Assembly: GCA_028714495.1 (NCBI GenBank)
Contig: JAQTMH010000001.1
Coordinates: 73,721-137,720, forward strand
Reading direction: 5' to 3'
DNA length: 64,000 nucleotides
Source: Patescibacteria group bacterium
Lineage (GTDB): Bacteria; Patescibacteriota; Patescibacteriia; JAHIZJ01
Each line of letters opens with the position of its first letter. Position 1 is the first letter of the stretch. A model generated the notes under the pieces. The model saw nothing but the letters and a program-made list of their open reading frames with translations. It was not told the DNA's origin and made no database searches. Position numbers and translations under genes: made by a program. This document shows positions 9,006 to 18,528 of the stretch, piece after piece.

Positions 9006-9332
9006 ATGGCAAAAAAATTGTACGTCGGAGGTTTATCCTACGATGTTACCGACGCCCAGCTGAACGAATATTTCGCTCAGGCCGGGACCGTTGAGTCCGC
9101 CTCTGTAGTTATTGACCGAATGACCGGCCGCTCGCGCGGATTCGGCTTCGTGGAAATGGCAACGGATGGAGACGCCCAAAAGGCAATCGAAACCCTGAAT
9201 GGTCAGGAATTCGCCGGACGAACCATTACCGTCAATGAAGCTCGACCAATGTCTGACCGCCCGCGTGGCGGCGGCGGCGGTTTCGGTGGCGGACGAGGTG
9301 GTCGTGGTGGCTTTCAACGACGCGATTACTAA
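9006..9332 (+). CDS. RRM RNA-binding protein with Gly-rich tail
   Basis: RNP2 LYVGGL, RNP1 RGFGFVEM. Confidence 0.96.
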   Translation: MAKKLYVGGLSYDVTDAQLNEYFAQAGTVESASVVIDRMTGRSRGFGFVEMATDGDAQKAIETLNGQEFAGRTITVNEARPMSDRPRGGGGGFGGGRGGRGGFQRRDY

Positions 9333-9354
9333 GCTTCTATCATACGAAGTTTTA

Positions 9355-9387
9355 CAAAAAGGCCTTCCGATGAGGGAGGTCTTTTTG
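9355..9387 (+). terminator. Bidirectional-type intrinsic terminator
   Basis: aaaaaggccttcc-gatga-gggaggtcttttt. Confidence 0.65.
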
Positions 9388-9568
9388 ATTATCCTTAACA
9401 TTAGTCGGCAGGACGACTCGGGTTTAAAAAGATGATGAATACTCGGCCAGAGGCCTCGCGTAAGCCAGAGTGTATATTAAATATCTAAGCCGAGGCGTCC
9501 CGCCGAGGCATCACTTACCTAGGCGTCCCGCCAAGTCTTTTTAAACCAAGACGAAGACACTCTCAGGC

Positions 9569-11089
9569 TTAATTCTCCGCGGCCCGATACTGCAAGGCTT
9601 CAGCCACATGCTTGGTCTGAATCGTTTCAGCACCCTCTAAATCAGCAATCGTCCGGCTGACTTTCAGTAATCGAGTATAGGAACGGGCAGTCAATCGAAG
9701 CTGTGTCATCGCCCGGCGAAAAAGCTCGGTCGCGGCCGACTCCACCTGGCAATATTGCTTGAGCTGCTGATTGGTCATTTCAGCATTGGTAAAAATCGCT
9801 TGCCCCTGGAAACGCTTCAGCTGCGCTGCCCGCGCCCGGTTCACCCGCTCGCGGATAGCGGCTGAGGGCTCGGCTGGTCGGACTGAAATCAATTCGTCAA
9901 ATTTCACCCGGGACACGCGCAAATGCAGATCAATCCGGTCCAAAAGCGGCCCGGATATCTTTTTGTTGTATTTGGCAATCTGCCAGGGGCTGCAGGTGCA
10001 TGGCCGCTCGCGGTCGCCGGCGTATCCGCAAGGGCAGGGATTCTGCGCGGCTACCAACATAAATTTTGCCGGGAAATGCATCACGCCATTGACCCGGCTG
10101 ACCACGATCACCCCATCCTCGAGGGGCTGGCGCAGACTTTCGAGAACCGGCCTGGGAAATTCCGGAAATTCATCTAAAAACAGCACGCCGCGATGCGAGA
10201 GAGAAATTTCTCCCGGCCTGGGAATCCGGCCTCCGCCAATCAGCGAGGCGGCTGAAGCAGTGTGGTGCGGCGATCGAAACGGCCGTTGCCGGACTAAAGG
10301 CTGGTCTGGTGAAACTAGGCCGACCACACTGTAAATCCGGGTCACCTCAAGGGATTCCTCAAGTTCCATTTGGGGCAATATCGAAACTAGGGCTTTGGCT
10401 AGAAGCGTTTTGCCCGAACCCGGCGGGCCGGAAAGCAGGACATTGTGCCCGCCTGAGGCAGCGATCTCCAGGGCGCGTTTAGCCTGTTCCTGTCCTTTTA
10501 CCAGGCTGAAGTCGACCGGGTAGTCGCCCGATATTTCGCTCTGCTTAGAAGCTGTGTCTAGACTATATGGTGCGATTGCTTTAATGCCGCAGAGATGATT
10601 TATCAGCTGGTTTAAATTTTCGACCGGGAATATTTCAGCTTCCCGGATAATAGCCGCTTCAGCCGCATTACCTGATGGCAAAAATATTCTTCTCAAATGT
10701 CGGCGCTTCAATTCCTGCATGACGGAAAGAATGCCGCTTACCGGCCTCAACTCTCCCTCAAGCGATAATTCGCCAATGAAAAGAGAATTGCTGTCAACCG
10801 GTTCAAGCTGGTACGAAGCGGCTAAGACGCTAATGGCAATCGGCAAATCAAATGCCGGTCCCTCCTTCTTTATATCAGCTGGGGCGAGATTAACCGTGAC
10901 GCGCGTGGTAGGAAAACTCAAAAGGCTGTTGCGCACTGCTGAACGCACTCGTTCCCGGGCTTCCTGAACCGATGGGTCAGGCAAACCCACAATTAAAAAA
11001 TTCGGCAGTCCAGAGGCGATATCCGCCTCTACTTTTATTAGCCTAGCGTCAAGGCCGACAATCGCGGCCGAACTTGTTTTCGCGGGCAT
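9569..11089 (-). CDS. comM: ComM / YifB Mg-chelatase-like AAA+ ATPase
   Basis: IVGLPD..ESRERVR-like N-terminus, GPPGSGKT, RSPHHTAS, LFLDEFPEF, NPCPCG, SGPLLDRID. Confidence 0.95.
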   Translation of the reverse strand: MPAKTSSAAIVGLDARLIKVEADIASGLPNFLIVGLPDPSVQEARERVRSAVRNSLLSFPTTRVTVNLAPADIKKEGPAFDLPIAISVLAASYQLEPVDSNSLFIGELSLEGELRPVSGILSVMQELKRRHLRRIFLPSGNAAEAAIIREAEIFPVENLNQLINHLCGIKAIAPYSLDTASKQSEISGDYPVDFSLVKGQEQAKRALEIAASGGHNVLLSGPPGSGKTLLAKALVSILPQMELEESLEVTRIYSVVGLVSPDQPLVRQRPFRSPHHTASAASLIGGGRIPRPGEISLSHRGVLFLDEFPEFPRPVLESLRQPLEDGVIVVSRVNGVMHFPAKFMLVAAQNPCPCGYAGDRERPCTCSPWQIAKYNKKISGPLLDRIDLHLRVSRVKFDELISVRPAEPSAAIRERVNRARAAQLKRFQGQAIFTNAEMTNQQLKQYCQVESAATELFRRAMTQLRLTARSYTRLLKVSRTIADLEGAETIQTKHVAEALQYRAAEN

Positions 11090-11145
11090 ATAAAAACAGG
11101 CTTGAATCTCGCCTGCTCTTGTCTTTGACTATATTGTAAACTAAG

Positions 11146-11619
11146 CTACTTATTTTGTAAATGGCGGTCGGTTGATAGACGGAACCAAGCTAGCATGACT
11201 AGGGCCGCTCCGGAAATAATTAATACGTCAGCCAGATTAAATATCGGCCAGTCAAAAACCTTGAGATAATCAATAACGTGCTCAAAAAATATACGATCAA
11301 TAAAATTGTTCAAGGCGCCAGTCAAAACCAAGCTCAGTCCCCAAACCTGAAGAGTCTCTCTCCGGCGGACAACCTGGATTAGCCAGCCGATCAAGCCGGC
11401 GAGAATAAAGACGGTGGCGGAAACAATTACGACTTGAGACAGCGGCAGCCCAAAACCGATGCCCTCATTCGGATAATATCCAAAGGCCAAAATGCGATTG
11501 CCCGAGTCAGACCACTGGTCCTTCATTTGCAGAGCCAGAGATTTGCCCAAACGGTCGAATACAAAACCAACCGCCAACGCGCCTATGAAAAATATCCGTG
11601 ATTTAAAAAGTTTCTGCAT
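11146..11619 (-). CDS. lspA: Lipoprotein signal peptidase II
   Basis: NEGIGFG, GALNNFIDR, VIDY, PIFNLADV. Start reassigned to the ATG at 11619 (157 aa, typical size). Confidence 0.93.
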   Translation of the reverse strand: MQKLFKSRIFFIGALAVGFVFDRLGKSLALQMKDQWSDSGNRILAFGYYPNEGIGFGLPLSQVVIVSATVFILAGLIGWLIQVVRRRETLQVWGLSLVLTGALNNFIDRIFFEHVIDYLKVFDWPIFNLADVLIISGAALVMLAWFRLSTDRHLQNK

Positions 11620-11682
11620 ATAAAAGATCCCAGCCCTTACATTATAATCGGCCTGGGTCATTTTATCAATTTTTTGTAATTG

Positions 11683-12080
11683 AAAAGGCGCAGATGTACG
11701 TCCTAAAACATTGTTATATGACGCTCTGCGCCCAAACCTTTGAACCAGTCCTATTGGACCGTGTGAGCGTCCCGCTTTTTCAAACGAGGCTTTCACACAG
11801 TCCAAGTAAGACATGATGTCCAACGGCCTAATGCGATTTCTATCCGACTGTCGAAAACGCGATCTTCACACCGTTCTTGCGGTAATCTTCTAAAGCCCGA
11901 AGGCCTTGGAAAGCTACCTTTTTGTTTTTGTTTTCCCCTGTTTTGGGGGAATTAGTTTTGGTTTCCAGCCTGCCGGAAAGGCAAATGTTCGAACAGTGTG
12001 AAATTTCCCGCTCCATATATAGTATGGAAAGGGTTATTCACACCGTTTAGGCGTGAAGATATTAGGTTTTCAATGAATCT
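11683..12080 (-). ncRNA. Candidate ~400-nt structured non-coding RNA of unknown family
   Basis: Near-consensus promoter upstream, terminator-like hairpin at the end, no credible ORF, and several long helices whose mismatches are G.U only on the minus strand. Confidence 0.65.
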
Positions 12081-12086
12081 ATTACG

Positions 12087-12115
12087 AGTATAGCAAATAA
12101 AATAAGGCTTGTCAA
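12087..12115 (-). promoter_or_regulatory. Strong sigma70 promoter driving the candidate ncRNA
   Basis: TTGACA-17-TATACT with TGn extension on the minus strand. Confidence 0.8.
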
Positions 12116-12249
12116 GAGGATATATTTTTCACTTTTTTTCTTAAGACTAGCCTAAAAAATGAAAAAGAGGGATTTTCACTTTATGTGCATGTCCTGTTAA
12201 TGAAATGTGTGTTTATCCACAAGGGGGTTTTACGCGAAAACCCATAAGC

Positions 12250-13830
12250 TTAAAATTCAATGCAGTAGTTCAAATAAACCCGTTCGTCTTTGCTGCCATC
12301 ACCGATATAAACCTTTTTGATATTGTGACCCAGAGGGCTGATTGATTCGAGATACTTTTGGTCAAGGATGATCAGACGCCTGCCCTTTAAGTTTTCTATA
12401 CAGGTTGGAGTCTGGTTTGTTTCGGTCTCGGGTTTTTGGACTATTGATTTAACAAGCTCGAATGAGTTTGAAAAGATTATTCTGCTCTGCCAAAGGCCGA
12501 AGATGAGCTGCGTTGAATCTGGCAAGGTGAATAATTGAAGACTGTCGATTTTTTGATAGTCAATTTGGAGCGGTTCGGTTTGGCCGGCCTGCGGATCAGG
12601 CAAAAGCTCAGTCACCTTGCTTCCGTCGGTCAAGGTCTTCTCCACTTTTCTGGGAAAACGTAAGCCGATAACCCTTTTAACAAGCGCCTCGAAATTATTT
12701 AGGGCTCCTGAATCGTCGCCCGGCTCGATCGAAAAAAGAAACGGGGCAGTTGAACCATCGGGCTGGCCGCTCTGACCCAGGGTAACATCCGTGGCCACAT
12801 TAAGAAGCGGGAGAATATCTTTTTGCCAGTCAAATCCGATTTCCTCTTTTAAAAATCTCACCCAGTCAAAAGTCGTTTGATCAGATTCATCGCCTTGTTC
12901 TTGTACTAATGTTTCCAAAAAATCTTTTGGGTTTACCTTAAGCCAGCTGAGGGCGCCAGTCCCGGGCAAATAACGAATCGACTCGCGATAAATATCTTCC
13001 GCCTCGCCCGCGCTCACCTCTTCGAGTAAGGTTGGCACGTGATTACTCATTGTCCCCATAAAGGTCCCCTGGGCAATATCTAGTTCAAGATACAGTTCAG
13101 ATAGCTCGGTTGAATTTCGTAAGATTAAATTGGCTGCCGTATCATTTTCTTTATCCGCGCTAAAATAATCGGCTAGACGAACAATCCCGGTAACCAGGTG
13201 CGAACCTCGGCGATAGGGTTTGATTTTGTCTTCGATCGAAGCCCGCTCTTTCTTTTCAACCGAGCTCACCGCTTGAATCAAATCGCTTGAATTGGCAATG
13301 ACAAAAATATCGCCTGGCAAATTGGTCCGGTACAAAACTTTATCCGAGGCAATCGCCTGTTTTGTTATTGCCGTGCCGTTGACTGTTTCAGTAGTGCCAG
13401 CACCGAACATTTCGACTAGCAGCTTTTCAAAACGATCGGCCGAACGGACTTTGGCCAGGAGACCGGTTTTTTCTCCGGCTAATTGCACGAGAGCGATTTC
13501 ATTGCCAAATTCCGAACTCAAGCGATCTAGATCGAAGGAGCTCGAAAAAATTCGCTTCAACTCCTTTTCAGCGTTGACCATAAATGTATTCCAGCCTTCG
13601 TTATCCTCCAGATCCTTAAGTTGCCGGCGCGGCTGGCCGCTCAAATCAAGGTGGAGATAAAGCCGGGCGTCTGCTGGCACCAGGCGGTCAAGCCTAGCCC
13701 GGGATTTAAAGAAAAACGGCTTTTCCAAAACCAAAGTCAAAATCACGATTGCCACAATAATAAAAAACCCTCCCACTATCACGCCGGCCAAGCGCTTGTC
13801 AATCAGACCTTTTTTCTCTTGGAACCACAT
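12250..13830 (-). CDS. Membrane-anchored hypothetical protein (DUF3352-like)
   Basis: N-terminal TM helix followed by LVPADARLYLHLD, and a second LPGTGALSW repeat reminiscent of DUF3352. Confidence 0.7.
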   Translation of the reverse strand: MWFQEKKGLIDKRLAGVIVGGFFIIVAIVILTLVLEKPFFFKSRARLDRLVPADARLYLHLDLSGQPRRQLKDLEDNEGWNTFMVNAEKELKRIFSSSFDLDRLSSEFGNEIALVQLAGEKTGLLAKVRSADRFEKLLVEMFGAGTTETVNGTAITKQAIASDKVLYRTNLPGDIFVIANSSDLIQAVSSVEKKERASIEDKIKPYRRGSHLVTGIVRLADYFSADKENDTAANLILRNSTELSELYLELDIAQGTFMGTMSNHVPTLLEEVSAGEAEDIYRESIRYLPGTGALSWLKVNPKDFLETLVQEQGDESDQTTFDWVRFLKEEIGFDWQKDILPLLNVATDVTLGQSGQPDGSTAPFLFSIEPGDDSGALNNFEALVKRVIGLRFPRKVEKTLTDGSKVTELLPDPQAGQTEPLQIDYQKIDSLQLFTLPDSTQLIFGLWQSRIIFSNSFELVKSIVQKPETETNQTPTCIENLKGRRLIILDQKYLESISPLGHNIKKVYIGDGSKDERVYLNYCIEF

Positions 13831-14383
13831 TTTTCCTTATGTGTTCAATGACAATTTTGATTTCTTCTTCTTTCCCGATTTTGGTCGTATCCAGGATATA
13901 ATCGTAATTCTTCGGGTTGAATATGTCCGATTTATTGTAATACTTTTGGTAGCGCCGCTCGTCACTGGCCATGCGATTTTTTACGCTAGCGATGACGTCG
14001 GCCAGGCTTTTGGGATTGGCCATCTCATTGCGCTTCTCTGGGTGAATCTGCAAATCCTTCCAGATCCGTTTGGCGCCTTCCTCAACCTCAATGTCAAGAA
14101 ATATCTTGTATGATCGCGGGATTAGAAAAAAAGACGTCCGGCCTTCAATCACGAAATTGTCCTCGGTTTCACCAAGCTTCTTCTGGTATTCATCAACCTC
14201 CCGGTCGGTAAAATCCTCCCGTTCACCCAGGCGGTTCAAATCCTCGAGTGTCAGGCCGCGCTGCCTGGCCATTTCCCGGCGCAGCCCGCCGATGTAATAG
14301 CGTTTCAAACCGAATTCCCGGGCAATGGCTTCAGCCACCGAACTTTTTCCCGAGCCGGGCTTGCCAGAAATAGAAATAATCAT
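13799..14383 (-). CDS. cmk: Cytidylate kinase (type 2 / archaeal-like)
   Basis: IISISGKPGSGKS P-loop, VIEGR, ERRYQKYY, YDYILDTT. Confidence 0.88.
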   Translation of the reverse strand: MIISISGKPGSGKSSVAEAIAREFGLKRYYIGGLRREMARQRGLTLEDLNRLGEREDFTDREVDEYQKKLGETEDNFVIEGRTSFFLIPRSYKIFLDIEVEEGAKRIWKDLQIHPEKRNEMANPKSLADVIASVKNRMASDERRYQKYYNKSDIFNPKNYDYILDTTKIGKEEEIKIVIEHIRKNVVPREKRSD

Positions 14384-14392
14384 TTGTCTATT

Positions 14393-16651
14393 TTAATATC
14401 TTCGACGAGAATCGTGCGGACGGCGGGGACCCATTGGTCTGGGCCGGCTACCGAAAGGTCTCATTGGCCGAGCGTTGTTTTTCCTCTCAGTCGTTTGTTC
14501 CGGAGTTTCATTGACCGCTCGGCAGGAAAGGCTGATCCGGCCTCGCTCCTTATCAACGTCAACCACTTTGACTTTGACTTTGTCGCCTACTTTGACCACG
14601 TCGCTGACACTGGGTACTCGATGATCTGTTAATTCAGAAATGTGGACCATCCCGTCTTGGCCGGGTAGAAATTGAACAATGGCTCCGATTTCACTGCCGG
14701 AATTCCGATCTAGAACGATCTGTGATACCGTGCCCTCGAATTCTTCACCGATTTGGACTTCGTAGGTTAGGTTTTTGATCCAGTCCATCGCTTTCTGGGC
14801 CATCTCTGAACTATGGGAAGTAACCATGACCAAGCCGTCATCTTCAATATCTATCTTAGTCACGTCCTTGCCTCCGCAATTGTCAATAATTTCGTTAATG
14901 GTTTCTCCGCCCTTGCCGATAACATCGCGGATTTTCTTCGGATCAATTCGCAGCGAGGTTATTCTCGGGGCATAGGGCGAAAGCTCGGCCCGCGGCGCCG
15001 GAATGATTTCAGCCATCTTGTCCAAAAGGGTATGCCGGACCGTTTTCGCCCGCTCAAAAGCCTTGGCGCAAATTTCCAGCGTCAGTCCGGTATTTTTTAC
15101 ATCCAGCTGGACCGCCGTTATTCCGTCGCGCGTGCCAGCCACCTTGAAGTCCATATCGCCGCCGTGATCCTCCTCGCCTTGAATGTCGGTTAAAAGCTGG
15201 AATTTATCGCCTTTTTTATCCGACATTAGACCGATTGAAATGCCGGATACCGGCTTCGAAATCGGCACTCCGGCGTCCATCAGGGCAAGGGTCGAACCGC
15301 AGGTTGAGGCCATCGAGGTTGAACCGTTGGATGACAATACTTCAGAAACGACCCTGATGGTGTAGGGAAATTTTTCCTTGTCAGGCAAAACCGGAAGCAA
15401 GGCCTTTTCCGCCAAAGCGCCGTGGCCGATTTCCCGCCGGCCAGGCCCCCGCAATGGAGCCACTTCACCTACGGAAAAGCCGGGGAAATTATAGTGGTGC
15501 ATATAGCGTTTCTTGCCGCTTTCTTCCATGGTGTCAAGAACTTGCTCATCGCCAGGTGAGCCCAGAGTGACAATCGAAAGGACCTGCGTTTCGCCGCGCT
15601 GGAAAAGTCCGCTCCCGTGCGTTCGGGGTAAAATCCCGACTTCGACATTAAGCGGACGAATTTCCTCAGTGGTCCTGCCGTCAATCCGGCGGCCGGTTTC
15701 GAGCACCTGCAGTCTGATCGTTTCTTCCATCATTTTATGGAATACTCCGGCGGCTTTCAGGCGCATCTCTTTAGTCACTTTATTATCCTCTTTTAACATG
15801 GCGTCCAATTCTCCCAAAAGCTTGTAGGTTTCGTTATTGCGGGAGACACTGTCAGTCAGTTCGAGAATCTTGGCCAGTCGCGCCTTGGTGTACTCTTTTA
15901 CTTTATCTTCCAGAAGCTTAAGCGCCTCGATATCTTCGGGGGTCGGCTCTGGAATAACCATCTTGGGCTGACCAACTTCTTGCCTGACTTGCTCGATTAA
16001 ATCCAGAATCTTGCGCAAGTGTTTCTGGCCGAAGCTGACCGCCTCCATCACCTGTGCCTCGGGAACTTCCTTGGCTCCAGCTTCGAGCATCACGACCTTC
16101 TCGGCGTTTCCGACCACCACCAAATCCAACACCGACTTTTCTCTAGCCGTGTAGGTCGGATTAAGCGCCCATTCATCATTGATCCGGCCGACGCGCACGC
16201 CGCTCACCGGTCCGTTCCAGGGAATGTTTGAAATCGCCAGGGCGCAGGAAGCGGCAATCAGGCCCGGAATGTCGGAATCGTTTTCCTGATCAACCGAAAG
16301 GCAGGTAATGACCACCTGCACGTCATTGCGAATCGTGTCCTTGAAAAAAGGACGGATCGAGCGGTCAACCAACCGCGAGGTTAATATCGCTTCGTCGCTC
16401 GGCCGGCCTTCGCGCTTGATGAAACGCGAACCTTTGATTTTGCCGGCGGCGTAAAGGCGCTCTTCGTAATCAACCAAAAGCGGGAAGTAATCAATGCCCT
16501 CCCTGATTGTTTCGCTCATCACCGCCGTGCCTAAAACCACCGTGTCACCATAGCGCACGGTACATGCACCGTCGGCTTGACCGGCGAATCGGCCTACCTC
16601 AATCGTGAGCGGTCGTCCACCGATTTCAGTCGAAAATTGTTTGACTGCCAT
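14393..16651 (-). CDS. pnp: Polyribonucleotide nucleotidyltransferase
   Basis: Two RNase PH domains (FIKREGRPS, RREIGHG, GDMDFKVAGT), KH and S1 domains. Confidence 0.98.
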   Translation of the reverse strand: MAVKQFSTEIGGRPLTIEVGRFAGQADGACTVRYGDTVVLGTAVMSETIREGIDYFPLLVDYEERLYAAGKIKGSRFIKREGRPSDEAILTSRLVDRSIRPFFKDTIRNDVQVVITCLSVDQENDSDIPGLIAASCALAISNIPWNGPVSGVRVGRINDEWALNPTYTAREKSVLDLVVVGNAEKVVMLEAGAKEVPEAQVMEAVSFGQKHLRKILDLIEQVRQEVGQPKMVIPEPTPEDIEALKLLEDKVKEYTKARLAKILELTDSVSRNNETYKLLGELDAMLKEDNKVTKEMRLKAAGVFHKMMEETIRLQVLETGRRIDGRTTEEIRPLNVEVGILPRTHGSGLFQRGETQVLSIVTLGSPGDEQVLDTMEESGKKRYMHHYNFPGFSVGEVAPLRGPGRREIGHGALAEKALLPVLPDKEKFPYTIRVVSEVLSSNGSTSMASTCGSTLALMDAGVPISKPVSGISIGLMSDKKGDKFQLLTDIQGEEDHGGDMDFKVAGTRDGITAVQLDVKNTGLTLEICAKAFERAKTVRHTLLDKMAEIIPAPRAELSPYAPRITSLRIDPKKIRDVIGKGGETINEIIDNCGGKDVTKIDIEDDGLVMVTSHSSEMAQKAMDWIKNLTYEVQIGEEFEGTVSQIVLDRNSGSEIGAIVQFLPGQDGMVHISELTDHRVPSVSDVVKVGDKVKVKVVDVDKERGRISLSCRAVNETPEQTTERKNNARPMRPFGSRPRPMGPRRPHDSRRRY

Positions 16652-16670
16652 AAGTTAAGATCCTTTGCGT

Positions 16671-16743
16671 CTCCTGACCCGCAGACTCCAGACTTTCATG
16701 CTAAAAAAGATGGAAAAGTCTGACTGTCTGGGGGCCAATGGAG
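16671..16743 (-). promoter_or_regulatory. Long hairpin in the pnp leader
   Basis: CAGAC..CAGACTTT / AAAGTCTG..GTCTG extended stem just upstream of the pnp start. Confidence 0.55.
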
Positions 16744-16772
16744 AAATTAATTATGTATAATAATGAACGTTT

Positions 16773-17369
16773 TTAATGTCTTGGCTTGTTTGATAACTCA
16801 ATCGTCTGACGCGGCTTAGGCGCTCGCTGGATCGGATTAACCAGACGTCTCAGGCTGAATGACTTTTTGCCATTGCGCAATAGGTATTTGCCTTCGTCTA
16901 AACACAAGTCGGTAAAATCATCGGCTGATTCGATTAATTTGGACGAGCAAGATTTCTGAAAAGCGATCACTTCAACCTGCTGACCGGTATTCTTCAAATA
17001 CTCCACCATCGGAATAAAATCCCCGTCGCCGCTCACCAAAACTACCACGTCAAGCTTGCTGGACAAACGAATGGCGTCAATCGCCACGCCGACGTCCCAA
17101 TCGCCTTTTTTCTGGCCGCCGAGAAAAACCTGCAAATCCTTCATCCGCACTTCGAACCCCTGTTTGCTGAGGGCTCCAAAAAAACTTTGTTCATCCGGGG
17201 CTTCAGCCCTGATAACATAGGCAATCGCTCGGATCAGCTTCCGGCCGGCAATCGCCGTCTTCAATATTTCGCCGAAATTGACTTTGGAATTGTAAATATT
17301 TTTAGCGGAGTAGTACATATTCTGGATATCCACGAACACGCCAACCCGCTGGTCTGAATGTTTTATCAT
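16773..17369 (-). CDS. NYN domain protein (LabA/DUF88 family)
   Basis: [29 protein letters not shown]. Confidence 0.93.
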   Translation of the reverse strand: MIKHSDQRVGVFVDIQNMYYSAKNIYNSKVNFGEILKTAIAGRKLIRAIAYVIRAEAPDEQSFFGALSKQGFEVRMKDLQVFLGGQKKGDWDVGVAIDAIRLSSKLDVVVLVSGDGDFIPMVEYLKNTGQQVEVIAFQKSCSSKLIESADDFTDLCLDEGKYLLRNGKKSFSLRRLVNPIQRAPKPRQTIELSNKPRH

Positions 17370-17635
17370 CGTTTGAGTTTAAGTTTCTTAATTAGCGACT
17401 GGTAGCTCTCAGGATTTTCTTTCTCCAAATATTTTAAAAGGCGCCGGCGCTGGCCGACTTTGCGTAAAAGTCCCCGACGGGATGAAAAATCTTTCTTATG
17501 GAGCTTAAGATGCTCGGTTAATTGGCTGACCTCTTCGGTCAAAATCGCTATCTGAACCTCGGAAGAGCCGGTATCAGTCGCGTGAGTTTTAAATTTTTTG
17601 ATTAGCTCTTCCTTTTTCTTCTTGTCAATTGCCAT
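17366..17635 (-). CDS. rpsO: 30S ribosomal protein S15
   Basis: [25 protein letters not shown]. Confidence 0.98.
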   Translation of the reverse strand: MAIDKKKKEELIKKFKTHATDTGSSEVQIAILTEEVSQLTEHLKLHKKDFSSRRGLLRKVGQRRRLLKYLEKENPESYQSLIKKLKLKR

Positions 17636-17654
17636 TGTGATGCTCCTTTAGTCC

Positions 17655-17701
17655 GCGAATTCCGAGTTTCGTCAAAAAGATTGGCGAAACCAAGGATTCG
17701 T
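17655..17701 (-). promoter_or_regulatory. Hairpin in the rpsO leader (candidate S15 operator)
   Basis: CGAAUCC..GUUUCG / CGAAAC..GAAUUCG stem immediately 5' of the AAGGAG SD. Confidence 0.5.
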
Positions 17702-17872
17702 AAATAATAATATAGCTTCCTTAAAATATCACGCGTCAGTTGTTCTGTCAAGTAGCGTGAATCCCGGCAAAAAAGAAAACCCACCGGCAGAGCGGCGGGC
17801 AAAAGGACATCGCTCGTGGCGAGTAGCCCTAGATGAAGTTCGGCGCCTCGGCAAACATTCTGGCCGGCACGA

Positions 17873-18409
17873 TCAGCGATCACGCAGATAAATCCACCGT
17901 GCCACCTGATTTTCGATCGGTATCATGTCGATTTCGTCGCAGTCAGACGGCCAGTTGTCGAACCAGAGCCTGTAACCCGACGTGTTACCGGGCCGTCCAT
18001 AGTATGCGGGCTGAGCGATTACATGACTGGCTGGACACTCCCATGAGTATGACCCGTCTATTTCAAACGGTCCTCCGGGGTGTCTGTATCGCAGCGCATC
18101 GAAATCGATGACGAGCCACACGATCAAGTCGGCGCGTTTCTCGAGGCGCATGCCGGAAATGCTGCACAACCGCGCCTCACTCCTCTCAAGCGAATCACGC
18201 GCCCCAGTCCGGAAGATAGCGGCAGGCAACGTCTGTTCTTCAAACAACGCGCCGCTGACTGCGAGTATTTCCGGTGCCTTCATAGGCTGGTGATCGCGCT
18301 TTTGACACCCACCGGTCAGAGAAATCGAAAAGAGCGACAGCCCGCCGAGCACCACGACGATAAGCGGTATCAGAACCCGATTCTCTCCGGACCACAAACC
18401 CGTCTTCAT
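17873..18409 (-). CDS. Hypothetical lipoprotein-like protein
   Basis: Hydrophobic N-terminus ending LTGGC; AGGAGGAGG SD. Confidence 0.6.
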   Translation of the reverse strand: MKTGLWSGENRVLIPLIVVVLGGLSLFSISLTGGCQKRDHQPMKAPEILAVSGALFEEQTLPAAIFRTGARDSLERSEARLCSISGMRLEKRADLIVWLVIDFDALRYRHPGGPFEIDGSYSWECPASHVIAQPAYYGRPGNTSGYRLWFDNWPSDCDEIDMIPIENQVARWIYLRDR

Positions 18410-18528
18410 CTCAAACCTCCTCCTCTTGCCGATACAGACCTTTATCGTCTAAACATTAACCTTCAACCAGCCAATTTGTCAATACAGAACTTGTTGCTTT
18501 TTTTGTTTTTGTGTCGTAAAATATATTC

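Noticed and set aside
11620-11823. 68-codon N-terminal extension of lspA in the ORF track
   Set aside because: It is not LspA-like and overlaps the structured RNA and its terminator; the ATG at 11619 gives a normal-length protein.
12213-12221. DnaA box TTATCCACA (also TGTGGATAA near 25179 and 48548) as a possible oriC
   Set aside because: The boxes are isolated single copies, with no cluster and no dnaA/dnaN nearby.
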